From NCBI GenBank assembly GCA_964348145.1, contig CAYGBO010000006.1, positions 28,450 to 69,818 on the forward strand: 41,369 bases of DNA. Direction: 5' to 3'. A model generated the notes under the pieces. That model saw nothing but the letters and a program-made list of their open reading frames with translations. It was not told the origin of the DNA and searched no databases. Positions 25,080-32,771 of this stretch are shown here, one piece after another (positions within the stretch are counted from its first letter, which is position 1; each line of letters starts with the position of its first letter). Source of the DNA: an uncultured Methanomassiliicoccales archaeon. GTDB lineage: Archaea; Thermoplasmatota; Thermoplasmata; RBG-16-68-12. The position numbers and the translations under genes are program-made.

Positions 25080-27089
25080 TCACGGCCTCTTCGGCAGGTC
25101 GGAGGACGGCGGCGTCATGTCAATCGGATCAGGGTCCATCGGGGGAGCCGGAGGCGGCGCCGTCGACGGTGCCGGCGGCGGAGGCCACATCACGAAGGCC
25201 AGGTAGCCAACCAGCGCGAGGACGAGTCCGAGGACGACGACGACTGCTGTCAAGAGTTGGATCATCCCGAGCAGCTCACCGGCCTTCGGAGTCACGGGTC
25301 GAACGGTCACCGTAATCGTTACCATGTCCGCGTTGCCCGCCCCGTCCGTCACCGTCAGGCTAACGTCGTAGGTGCCCGGCGTGGAGTACACATGGGTCAC
25401 CGCGGCCTCGCTCGACGTCCCGCCGTCGCCGAAGTCCCAAGCGTAGGACGTGATGCCCACGTTGTCCGTCGAGGCGCTCGCGTCGAATAACAACGGCTGG
25501 CCTTCGTCCACGACGCGGTCTCCACCACTCCGCGCGGTGGGGGCCACCGTGTCTCGCACAGTGACGCGCACGGAATCGGACGCCGAGTTGCCGGAGTAGT
25601 CCCACACCGTCAGGACTGCGTCATAGGTCCCTGGCTCCGCGAAGGCATGGCTCACGACTGCACCGCTTGACGTCGTTCCGTCTCCGAAATTCCAGGAGTA
25701 GGAAGCGATGGCCACGTTGTCCGTCGAGGCGGATCCATTGAGCTGGACGAAGACTCCCTGATTCACGGAGCGGTCGGGTCCCGCAATCGCACTCGGCGGC
25801 ACGACGTCCAGGGTGCTCGCGTACACATCCTGTCCCGATGTCCTCTGATCGAGCCACGCGGCGTACACATTCCCGTCGGCGTCCACCGCAATCGTGGGCG
25901 TCTGCTGCCAGTTCGTGGGATAGGTATCGTCGTTCACACGGACGTTCGCCTCCCAAGTGATGCCGTCCGCCGAGGAGGCCGTATAGATGTCGTAGGCGCT
26001 CGACCCAAAGGTGCGTGCATCGGTCCAGGCAATCTGCACGCGACTCGCGTTCGCTGCAATACTCGGCTGGCTCTGCCAGATCGCGCCGGACTCATCGTTC
26101 ACTTGGACATCGGCCGCGAAGGAGGCACCCCCGTTCGTGGATCGCGCCGAGTAGATATCTGGGGCCGTATTCGTGTCCCGCCAGTCCGCCCACGTGACGT
26201 AGATCGAGCCAGCTGTATCCACAGCGATTGCTGGATCGTCCTGACGCACGTTCCCGAGACCGTTGTCGTTCACGATGATGTTTGGGTTCCACGTGTCGCC
26301 CGAATCGGATGACTTCGAGAAGTAGATGTCAAGCCCCTGTGCCCAAACCCGGGGATCCGCCCAGACGGCGTAGAGGGAGCCGTCAGGAGCGACGGCCAGG
26401 GCCGGACTCCCCTGTTCAGCTCCTGTGGCGTCGTTGTTGACCCGTGTGTTCGGGTTGAAGCTCAGACCTCCGTCCGTGGAGTTCGCGTAGTAAATGTCAG
26501 GGCCCGTCGAGAAGCGGTTCCGGTTGTCCGTCCAAACCACATGCACAAGGCCTGCGGCGTCGACGGCGAGGGCGGGCTCAATCTGCCAGGAGGTCGTCAT
26601 GTCGTTCACCCGGACATTCGCCGAGAAGCTGAGTCCGCCGTCCGTGGACTTCGAGAAGTATATGTCGTCTGTGCCGGTGCGCGTGTCTCGCCAAGCGATG
26701 TAGATGTTATCCGACGCGTCGAGTGACAAGCTGGGTTCCCGCTGGGTGGCTCCGCTTCCATCATTGTTCACGAGCACCGGAGCGGCCCACGTCATGCCAC
26801 CATCCGAGGATTTCGTGAAGAAGACGTCGACCTGGGTGCCTGAACCGCCCCAGCCCGCATAGGCCAGGTACAACGTTCCACTCGCCCCGACCGCAAGGGA
26901 AGGTTCGTACGCCGTATACGCGGGCGGGGCGTACGCCATCACGTTGGGGCCAAAATACGGTACGGTGGCCGCGGCGGAGGCGAGCGGCGAGACTCCGACG
27001 ATCCACGATGCCGTCAACGCGACGACGAGCGCCGTCGCCAGGATCCGGGCCGACGAGAACGAGACACGAGCGCCGACGGTGGAGACCAT
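25080..27089 (-). CDS. Surface-anchored protein: signal peptide, 6-7-bladed BNR/Asp-box beta-propeller, two PKD domains, C-terminal TM anchor and a Pro-rich tail
   Basis: Asp-boxes SSDGGMTW, STDGGLSF (twice), SSDSGDTW, STNGGASF and SADGITW, each inside a repeating ..Y.(A/V)W.D.R......DIY...S.DGG..(F/W)..N..VND blade. Two WxFGDG...Y.V.LTV.D PKD units. The TM segment is LLGMIQLLTAVVVVLGLVLALVGYLAFVMW, followed by PPPPAPSTAPPPAPP. Confidence 0.85.
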   Translation of the reverse strand: MVSTVGARVSFSSARILATALVVALTASWIVGVSPLASAAATVPYFGPNVMAYAPPAYTAYEPSLAVGASGTLYLAYAGWGGSGTQVDVFFTKSSDGGMTWAAPVLVNNDGSGATQREPSLSLDASDNIYIAWRDTRTGTDDIYFSKSTDGGLSFSANVRVNDMTTSWQIEPALAVDAAGLVHVVWTDNRNRFSTGPDIYYANSTDGGLSFNPNTRVNNDATGAEQGSPALAVAPDGSLYAVWADPRVWAQGLDIYFSKSSDSGDTWNPNIIVNDNGLGNVRQDDPAIAVDTAGSIYVTWADWRDTNTAPDIYSARSTNGGASFAADVQVNDESGAIWQSQPSIAANASRVQIAWTDARTFGSSAYDIYTASSADGITWEANVRVNDDTYPTNWQQTPTIAVDADGNVYAAWLDQRTSGQDVYASTLDVVPPSAIAGPDRSVNQGVFVQLNGSASTDNVAIASYSWNFGDGTTSSGAVVSHAFAEPGTYDAVLTVWDYSGNSASDSVRVTVRDTVAPTARSGGDRVVDEGQPLLFDASASTDNVGITSYAWDFGDGGTSSEAAVTHVYSTPGTYDVSLTVTDGAGNADMVTITVTVRPVTPKAGELLGMIQLLTAVVVVLGLVLALVGYLAFVMWPPPPAPSTAPPPAPPMDPDPIDMTPPSSDLPKRP
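25299..25802 (-). repeat. Two tandem PKD-domain coding repeats inside the 25080-27089 CDS
   Basis: YSWNFGDGTTSSGAVVSHAFAEPGTYDAVLTVWDYSGNSASDSVRVTV is followed by YAWDFGDGGTSSEAAVTHVYSTPGTYDVSLTVTDGAGNADMVTITVTV. Confidence 0.75.
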
Positions 27090-27124
27090 GACGTCAACTC
27101 CTGCCGCGCGCCGTTGGCTTGCGA

Positions 27125-27132
27125 CTATAAAT
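27125..27132 (-). promoter_or_regulatory. TATA box (ATTTATAG on the minus strand) 36 nt upstream of the BNR/PKD gene ATG
   Basis: A near-canonical archaeal TTTATA core in a GC-rich spacer. AGGAG lies 9 nt upstream of the ATG at 27089. Confidence 0.5.
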
Positions 27133-27202
27133 CTCGCACGGGTTGAATATCAAATCCGAAAGCGATACCTAGAACCGGTCGCGTCGGGGCTCGCTGCGAG
27201 TC

Positions 27203-28465
27203 CTACAGGCGCTCCAGGGCCATTGCCATCGCATTCCCGCCCCCGAGGCACAGGGTCGCGAGTCCGCGCTTTTCGCCGCGGCTCTTCATGGCGTGGGCCA
27301 AGGTCGTCAGGATCCGCGCGCCCGAACATCCTAGGGGGTGGCCGAGGGCGACGGCGCCTCCGTTCACGTTGAGCCGCTCATGGGGAATCCCCAGCTCCTT
27401 CATCACCGCAACGCTTGCGGAGGCGTAGGCCTCATTATGTTCCACGAGACCGAAGTCCTCGATCGTCAGACCTGTTCGCTTCAACAGCCTGCGCACGGCG
27501 GGGATGGGGGCTTCCATGACCCACTCGGGCTTCGTCCCCGAGGTGACGTAGTCGATGATGCGAGCAAGGGGTTTGATTCCGTGGTGGTCTGCGGCCTCCT
27601 GGGCCAGGACGACCAGCGCGGACGCTCCATCGCTGAGCTGGGACGCGTTGCCTGCGGTTACGAGCCCGCCATCGCGGAAGACGGGTGGCAATGCGGCGAG
27701 GCGGTCGAGGGTCGTGTCCGCACGGACGCCTTCGTCGACGTCCACGCGCGCTTGGCCCGGTACGTCAACCGGCAAGATTTCCGCCTGGAATCGGCCCTCC
27801 GTCGTCGCCCGCGCCGCTCTGCGGTGGCTCTCCAAGGCAAACCGGTCTTGGTCCTCTCGGGTCACCTGAAACCGCTCCGAGACTATCTCGCCCGTCACAC
27901 CCATGTGAAACCGGTTGTAGACGTCCCAGAGACCGTCGTGAATCATCGCATCGAGGAACTGGACGTGGTTGTATCCGATCCCCCATCGAGCCTCCTTCAC
28001 GAGGTACGGCGCCCGGCTCATGGACTCCATGCCGCCCGCGACGATGATCTCGGCGGACCCCGCCCGGATCGCATCCGCGGCGATCGCGACGGCTTTCAGG
28101 CCCGAAGCACACACCTTGTTCACCGTGACGGCTCCCACACGATCCGGGACGCCGGCGAGCATGGCTGCCTGGCGTGCGGGATTTTGGCCGAGGCCCGCCT
28201 GAATCACGTTTCCCATGATTACTTCCTCAACATCCGCGCCAACAAGGCCCGCGCGATTCACGGCTTCAGCCACGACGAGACTGCCGAGCTTAACCGCCTC
28301 GACGTTCCGGAACGCCCGCCCGTACTTGCCGATGGGCGTCCTGCAGGCGCCTGCGATGACGACGTCCGTCAGGCTCCTCGCCTCGAAGGAGTTGAAAGGA
28401 GGCCCCCCTTCATATTTAAACTGTCGCGGGAAAGTCGACGCGCGGCTCGCCTCGCGCGCATACAC
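27203..28465 (-). CDS. Acetyl-CoA C-acetyltransferase (thiolase II)
   Basis: [19 protein letters not shown], active-site Cys in [10 protein letters not shown], then NEAYA and the C-terminal [17 protein letters not shown] and CLGGG. The first ~32 codons after the ORF-track ATG have no thiolase counterpart and contain TTTAAATAT, so the true start is uncertain. Confidence 0.9.
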   Translation of the reverse strand: MYAREASRASTFPRQFKYEGGPPFNSFEARSLTDVVIAGACRTPIGKYGRAFRNVEAVKLGSLVVAEAVNRAGLVGADVEEVIMGNVIQAGLGQNPARQAAMLAGVPDRVGAVTVNKVCASGLKAVAIAADAIRAGSAEIIVAGGMESMSRAPYLVKEARWGIGYNHVQFLDAMIHDGLWDVYNRFHMGVTGEIVSERFQVTREDQDRFALESHRRAARATTEGRFQAEILPVDVPGQARVDVDEGVRADTTLDRLAALPPVFRDGGLVTAGNASQLSDGASALVVLAQEAADHHGIKPLARIIDYVTSGTKPEWVMEAPIPAVRRLLKRTGLTIEDFGLVEHNEAYASASVAVMKELGIPHERLNVNGGAVALGHPLGCSGARILTTLAHAMKSRGEKRGLATLCLGGGNAMAMALERL

Positions 28466-28571
28466 GCACGATGCCTGTATGGGCCTCCCTTATCCACAAC
28501 CAAGGTCCGTCTGCCGGCCGCGACCCCCCGAGGGGGCTCGCGAGGTGAGAACGTTGGGACAGAAAACGAAA

Positions 28572-29354
28572 ATGGGGCTGCGTCTGGCGGTCCTCTTGGT
28601 GATCGTCGTCGCAGCGACCGCGGTGGGCATCCTGAAGCCCACGTTGAGCAACACCGTGGAGAAAGACCTGCTCCTGGACGGCTCGGCAATCACGCTGACC
28701 GTTGATGGGGTGCCCGCAACGGCTTCGGCAGGGGATACCTTCCGGGTGATCGCCACGATGACGAATAACGCGAACCGGCCCGTTCCCGCGGTCCTTCGGA
28801 TTGAGGCACGGAATCCGAACAGCACGAAGCCGGAAGAGTTGACGATCTACGGCGGCTGCGGGGCCGAAGAGGTCGTGAGTTCGCGAACCCTTCGGTACTA
28901 CATCGGATGGAACGGGCCTTTGCTCGCCCCGGAAGGGGTGAGCTTCGCGGCGGGAACGAACCTGTCGACTCTCACGACGGCAACCGGCGGCGCGGACTAC
29001 TGGCAGGTGACGCTCCACGAGATACAGGAGCGGGATCCCCTGGGTTACTCGTCCCTAATCGAGCCGGGAGTGAATGCCTCGTCCGGCGTGCGATATTCAG
29101 GCTCGGTCGTGCTGAAAATCCTGAACTACTACGACATGGTTCAGGCCGCATCGGACTCAAGCAGCAGCCTGGCCGACTGGACATTGACGATGCCTTTCGC
29201 GGACCGAATCGTGGCGTCCGGCGGACCGAATCAGGATGGCTTCCTCGTGGAGATCCATCCCCAATCGAGAGGAAGTTTTGAGTTCAAGTTTTGGGCCGAA
29301 CGTCCGGACGGACTCGGAGTGCCGAACCACCCCTTCTCGTGTGGGCCGCTTTGA
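28572..29354 (+). CDS. Hypothetical secreted or membrane-anchored protein (260 aa)
   Basis: The ATG at 28572 opens MGLRLAVLLVIVVAATAVGIL, a signal or anchor sequence. The mature part is rich in beta-strands with several N-x-S/T sequons. I recognise no family. The ORF-track start at 28215 would run antisense through the thiolase gene. A GTG at 28545 is an alternative start. Confidence 0.6.
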   Translation: MGLRLAVLLVIVVAATAVGILKPTLSNTVEKDLLLDGSAITLTVDGVPATASAGDTFRVIATMTNNANRPVPAVLRIEARNPNSTKPEELTIYGGCGAEEVVSSRTLRYYIGWNGPLLAPEGVSFAAGTNLSTLTTATGGADYWQVTLHEIQERDPLGYSSLIEPGVNASSGVRYSGSVVLKILNYYDMVQAASDSSSSLADWTLTMPFADRIVASGGPNQDGFLVEIHPQSRGSFEFKFWAERPDGLGVPNHPFSCGPL

Positions 29355-29399
29355 TGTGGCCCGCGCCCTCTTTTTGATGCCAACGAAACGCGTCAGTTT

Positions 29400-29850
29400 C
29401 GCGGCGCACCGGAGGCGGGGCTCGGTTTGGGCGGTCGGGCGACGAGGCGAGCGCCTCGCCGAAACACCCGACAGAGGATGCAGGCCCGGTGGTAGGGACC
29501 GTCGAACTCACCGGCCGCGAACCTCCCCAAGACTTCCGGCTTGAACGCACGTTTGCCTAGCCGCGTGTTGACGGAATCGTGAAGTCCAACCATCCACAAG
29601 GAGAGCTGTGGCCGACATCGTGCGCAGGGCCAGCGGTCCGACGTCGAGTGCAGGAATGGCCATATCCTCCTGCCCAAAGCGGGTAGAATCCGCCGGTGCG
29701 TTGACCTTGCGGTCTGAAAAGTGCGAACTGCGGTGCCGTTCCCCCCAACACCCAAGGCCTCGCGGCCCGGATTCGATCCCGCGGCTTTCGTCCCTCGTTC
29801 TCGCGGCGAAGGGCCGGATCGGACCGCCGCTGCCATCCAGAGGGGAACGA
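29400..29850. ncRNA. Candidate structured non-coding RNA; identity and strand unresolved (an RNase P RNA-like possibility is not demonstrated)
   Basis: Lies in a ~700 nt gap with no protein-like ORF in any frame. It carries many 5-8 bp complementary segments. Local hairpins sit at 29434-29472, 29486-29514, 29544-29569, 29650-29673, 29761-29783 and 29792-29813. Long-range pairs are 29535-29540 with 29813-29818 and 29430-29436 with 29822-29828. AT-rich TATA-like boxes flank it at both ends, and it is adjacent to a tRNA gene. Confidence 0.3.
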
Positions 29851-30049
29851 CTCATTATTCATTAACCCTTTTACGCTCCGTGGTTCTCTGCACAGAGTCT
29901 CCGATGCAAATTAGCGACATACAGGGCACGCTTCGACGATCCCATGGCTTTGCGGACCCCGATCTCTCTTGACGGTTCGTGGCGAGTGGCCGTGCCCGAC
30001 CGTGTACAGAGCTAGTCATCCGTTCGTGTGACCTTTGACGGGAGCGTGA

Positions 30050-30122
30050 CGGGCACGTGGGGATTTGAACCCCAGTCGGAGGCTCCGAAGGCCTCTAGCC
30101 TAGTCCGCTAGCCTACGTGCCC
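30050..30122 (-). tRNA. tRNA-Arg (anticodon UCG)
   Basis: Manual cloverleaf of 73 nt. Acceptor stem GGGCACG/CGTGCCC with discriminator G. D-arm GGCU-AGCGGACUA-GGCU. Anticodon arm GAGGC-CUUCGGA-GCCUC (U33, UCG, G37). A 4-nt variable loop. T-arm UGGGG-UUCAAAU-CCCCA. CCA is not encoded. Confidence 0.9.
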
Positions 30123-30143
30123 GGCGGCCGAACCGTCCGCGTC

Positions 30144-30151
30144 GATAAAAG
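30144..30151 (-). promoter_or_regulatory. TATA-like box (CCTTTTATC on the minus strand) 22 nt upstream of the mature tRNA-Arg 5' end
   Basis: Same CTTTTAT core as the protein-gene promoters. The spacing fits transcription starting at or just before the mature tRNA 5' end. Confidence 0.45.
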
Positions 30152-30206
30152 GGTTCCTCAGCGGAGGCGGAATCCTCGGATCACGGAGGGACGACGTCTC
30201 GACTCC

Positions 30207-30608
30207 CTACTCACCGATGAGCTTGCGGTAGGCGGCTGCGTCCATCAAGCTCCGCGACGACTCGACTTCAGAGGACTCGAGGATGAACATCCATCCCTCG
30301 CCGTACGGATCCTTGTTCACGGACTCGGGCTGATCCTCGAGGGCCTTGTTCACCTCGACGACCTTCCCGGCTACGGGGGCGAAAATCTCGCTTGCCGCCT
30401 TCACGGATTCCACGGCGCCGACGGGCTCCCCTCGTTTCGCGATCCTGCCAATCGCGGGAAGCTCGACATACACGACATCTGTGAGTTCCTCCTGCGCATG
30501 GTCCGTGATGCCGACTCGGACCCGACTTCCCTCGACCCTCGCCCACTCGTGTTCCTTCGTGTACCGAAGATCATCGGGCACGTTCGACAACGTCGCACCG
30601 CACGGCAC
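30207..30608 (-). CDS. gcvH: Glycine cleavage system protein H (lipoyl carrier)
   Basis: YTKEHEWARVEG....VGITDHAQE.L.DVVYVELP, with the lipoyl-lysine in VESVKAASE. The ORF-track start is a GTG at 30608. In-frame TTG (30590) or GTG (30581, giving (M)PDDLRYTKEHEW) are plausible alternatives. Confidence 0.9.
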   Translation of the reverse strand: MPCGATLSNVPDDLRYTKEHEWARVEGSRVRVGITDHAQEELTDVVYVELPAIGRIAKRGEPVGAVESVKAASEIFAPVAGKVVEVNKALEDQPESVNKDPYGEGWMFILESSEVESSRSLMDAAAYRKLIGE

Positions 30609-30639
30609 GATGCAGGGAGCCGCTTATGAGGGTTTCGAC

Positions 30640-30828
30640 CTAGCGACCCTTCCACTTCGCGCCCCAAGCCTGATGGACGAAAATCTCCTCGCTCCGGATC
30701 TTGTGGATGTGTCGGACGACGAGGACGAGGATAGCGAAGGCGAGGCCCCCGAGGAGAAGGATGAGGTATGCGGGGTTCTCCGCGAGAGAAGAAAAGAATC
30801 CCTCTGCCATGGATACAGGATCAACCAT
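30640..30828 (-). CDS. Small single-pass membrane protein (62 aa), unknown function
   Basis: The ATG at 30828 overlaps the stop of the upstream methyltransferase (ATGGTTGA). One hydrophobic helix, YLILLLGGLAFAILVLVV, is followed by a basic segment. Third-position GC is high. Confidence 0.4.
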   Translation of the reverse strand: MVDPVSMAEGFFSSLAENPAYLILLLGGLAFAILVLVVRHIHKIRSEEIFVHQAWGAKWKGR

Positions 30829-31501
30829 GTTTCGAAACCAAAACAAAATAGTTTCCCGAACTCTCGAAAAAGGTTTCCCCTTGGAGGCCGGATTCGATAA
30901 TTAATTGCTCCAGCTCGCCCCGCTGGAACAGGTGGTAGTACCGGGGCACGACGGTGCCATCCGGAAGAGTCCAAGGAACCTCGACGTCCCCTCGATGGTT
31001 TGTAGGGATGGCACGACGTGCGTCTGCGACGGCCCGGAAGCGCGGCTGTTCCAGGGACCAGACACTGAGGAACGCGGACCCCGAATCGACCAGAATCCGG
31101 CGAATCTCTTGGAGGGCCGAGATGCGATCGTCCTGGGAAGGCAGATGGTGCAGGACCGCCACGCAGATGCAGGCATCGAAGGTGCGATCCCTCAAGGGCA
31201 GTCGAGCGACGTCCGCCTCGGCCCAGTGGGGTCGAATCCCTCCCGGGCGGAACTGATACGCGCCCCGCGCTGCCCGGAGGAGACGTCTCGAAAAATCGAC
31301 TCCTAGAACGTGATGGCCTCGTGCGACGAGGACGGCCACATGGCGGCCGCTCCCGCAGCCTAAGTCGGCCACTCGAGACCCGGTCGGTAGACGATGAATG
31401 AACGCGGTGACCTCGGGCCAAGGCTCACGCCGAGAGGAGGCGTAGGAATCCGCGATCGCCTCGTAGGTCTCACGAACCCTGCGCTTCGTTGGAATCCGCA
31501 C
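30821..31501 (-). CDS. Class I SAM-dependent methyltransferase, Trm9/ALKBH8-methyltransferase-like
   Basis: VADLGCGSGRH (motif I), GVDFS, VAVLHHLPS...R..AL.EI.R.L, SVWSLEQ, and the Trm9-typical DVEVPW.......PRYYHLF..GELE.L. Proposed start is the GTG at 31501, 25 nt downstream of a TATA-like box. The ORF-track start at 31720 would overlap the upstream gene by about 180 nt. Confidence 0.7.
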   Translation of the reverse strand: MRIPTKRRVRETYEAIADSYASSRREPWPEVTAFIHRLPTGSRVADLGCGSGRHVAVLVARGHHVLGVDFSRRLLRAARGAYQFRPGGIRPHWAEADVARLPLRDRTFDACICVAVLHHLPSQDDRISALQEIRRILVDSGSAFLSVWSLEQPRFRAVADARRAIPTNHRGDVEVPWTLPDGTVVPRYYHLFQRGELEQLIIESGLQGETFFESSGNYFVLVSKHG

Positions 31502-31525
31502 GACTGAAGGACTCTCGCACGGGAT

Positions 31526-31533
31526 GATAAATA
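31526..31533 (-). promoter_or_regulatory. TATA-like box (TATTTATC on the minus strand) for the Trm9-like gene
   Basis: An AT-rich octamer at the 3' end of the NAPRTase gene, 25 nt upstream of the in-frame GTG at 31501. This fits a leaderless arrangement. Confidence 0.45.
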
Positions 31534-31539
31534 CGTCGC

Positions 31540-32736
31540 TCAAGTCGCTGAGGAGACGCGCTCCAGTTCCTGCAAGACGCGAGATCGCACGGCCGCGGGA
31601 CTCGGCAGAGGGCTCGCGGTGGCGCCCCGGTCGAGGTACTGCACGTGCCCGGGGGCCATGGCGCCGCCGCACCGAGGGCACGTCCGTGTGTCGACCTCGA
31701 AGGTTCCATCCTCCGGGCACCGAAGCAGCTCCTTGCGACCTCCGAACTTCCCGCGCTTGGCCACGGGCTTGCCGCGCAATTCAACAATGTCGAGAGCGAA
31801 GTCGATGGTGGGCGCGTTGCTGAGGGACGTTCCTATGCCGAAACCGTCCACGCCTGCCGCGAGGAGGGAAGGTATGGACTTCTCGTCGATCGCCCCGGAC
31901 ACGTAGATCTTCGCGTCTCTGTGGCCTCGAAGATCGAGTTCCCAGCGCACCTCGCGGACGATTGCGGCAAGGTTTCCGCGACGTGACGAGGGTGTGTCGA
32001 GGCGAACCCCAGCCAGATCGGGGATGGTTTCCGTGGCGATGAGAGCCTCCGTCTTCTCGTCGTAGTAGGTGTCAACCAAGGCGATGCGAGGAACTCGCTT
32101 CTCAAGGTGCTTCTGAAGGGCCAGGAAGGCCTCCCTGGGTCCTCCCAAGAGGATCGTGAGGGAGTGGGGCATCGTGCCGACCGCGGGGACGCCGAGGATC
32201 TCCGCGCCGAGGGGCGTCGTGATCCCGTCGAGGCCTCCGAGGAACACCGCGCGTTCGATGAGAGGGGCAATCGAAGGATGCATGCGCCGGACCCCGAAGG
32301 AGAAAACTTCTTTGCGGCCTGCAATCTTCCGGATCCGGGCGGCCTTCGTCGCAATTCCGCTCGCCTGACAGACTAGGCCGAGCAGGGGCGTCTCGTAGAT
32401 GGCCCACTCACCATAGGGACCTTCCAAGCTCAGAAGGGGGACTGGAATGCCGCGCGCCGTCCTTGGGGAGAAGAGCGAGCCTTCCGGGACGGACCAGAGG
32501 CTCACCGCCTTGCCTTGAAGCAGGTGTACGACTTCCTCGAGTCCGCAGAAGATCCCCCAGGGCCAGCCGTTCGGAAGCCCGCCCGTGGTCACCTCCGCCG
32601 CGACGGGTTCGCGATCCTTGCCGACCTTCTTCAGGATGTCCATGGTCCGTCGGAAGTACACATCCGTGGTGCGACCGGCCCGGATTTCCTCCGCCGTTGC
32701 AAGGTAGAAATCCCTATCTGCGGGGATCTTGGACAT
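31540..32736 (-). CDS. Nicotinate phosphoribosyltransferase (archaeal type) with a C-terminal zinc ribbon
   Basis: N-terminal Y.A...EI..G.....V.F, then GTMPHS, and a TIM-barrel segment D.Y.DE, RLD(T)PSSRRG and (I)YVSG. The C-terminus carries CPEDG...(9)..CPRCGG. Confidence 0.8.
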   Translation of the reverse strand: MSKIPADRDFYLATAEEIRAGRTTDVYFRRTMDILKKVGKDREPVAAEVTTGGLPNGWPWGIFCGLEEVVHLLQGKAVSLWSVPEGSLFSPRTARGIPVPLLSLEGPYGEWAIYETPLLGLVCQASGIATKAARIRKIAGRKEVFSFGVRRMHPSIAPLIERAVFLGGLDGITTPLGAEILGVPAVGTMPHSLTILLGGPREAFLALQKHLEKRVPRIALVDTYYDEKTEALIATETIPDLAGVRLDTPSSRRGNLAAIVREVRWELDLRGHRDAKIYVSGAIDEKSIPSLLAAGVDGFGIGTSLSNAPTIDFALDIVELRGKPVAKRGKFGGRKELLRCPEDGTFEVDTRTCPRCGGAMAPGHVQYLDRGATASPLPSPAAVRSRVLQELERVSSAT

Positions 32737-32763
32737 CGTGTCACGGCCGCTACCCCCATCTCG

Positions 32764-32771
32764 TATTATAG
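32764..32771 (-). promoter_or_regulatory. TATA box (CTATAATA on the minus strand) 28 nt upstream of the NAPRTase ATG
   Basis: It overlaps the stop codon of the upstream M20 gene. The spacing fits a leaderless mRNA. Confidence 0.45.

Noticed and set aside
27338-28705. 455-aa plus-strand ORF
   Set aside because: It is antisense to the thiolase gene. Only its extreme 3' part (from 28572) coincides with the frame of the real downstream secreted-protein gene.
29400-29850. Assignment of the structured region to archaeal SRP (7S) RNA
   Set aside because: I could not find the helix-8 signature (a GNAR tetraloop closed by complementary arms and followed by G(G/A)AGCA) on either strand. The partial resemblances (GGCUAGGC, GGGGAGGUUCG and CAGGCCCGG) are not in the spacing or order expected for the Alu and S domains. 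The region is left as unclassified.
29904-29972. 22-codon ORF (MQISDIQGTLRRSHGFADPDLS) 31 nt downstream of a CCTTTTAC box
   Set aside because: It is too short, uses AT-rich codons atypical for this genome, and has no supporting conservation that I can see. It lies within the putative promoter and spacer region between the tRNA and the ncRNA candidate.
29924-29997. 74-nt element on the minus strand bounded by GGGCACG ... CGTGCCC, the same 7-mers as the tRNA-Arg acceptor stem. It was considered as a second tRNA, a tRNA pseudogene or an att-site duplication from an integrated element.
   Set aside because: The interior has no D-arm, anticodon arm or T-arm (no GGTTCGAATCC-like loop). A 7-nt match is expected by chance several times in 41 kb. 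No integrase or other mobile genes flank it.
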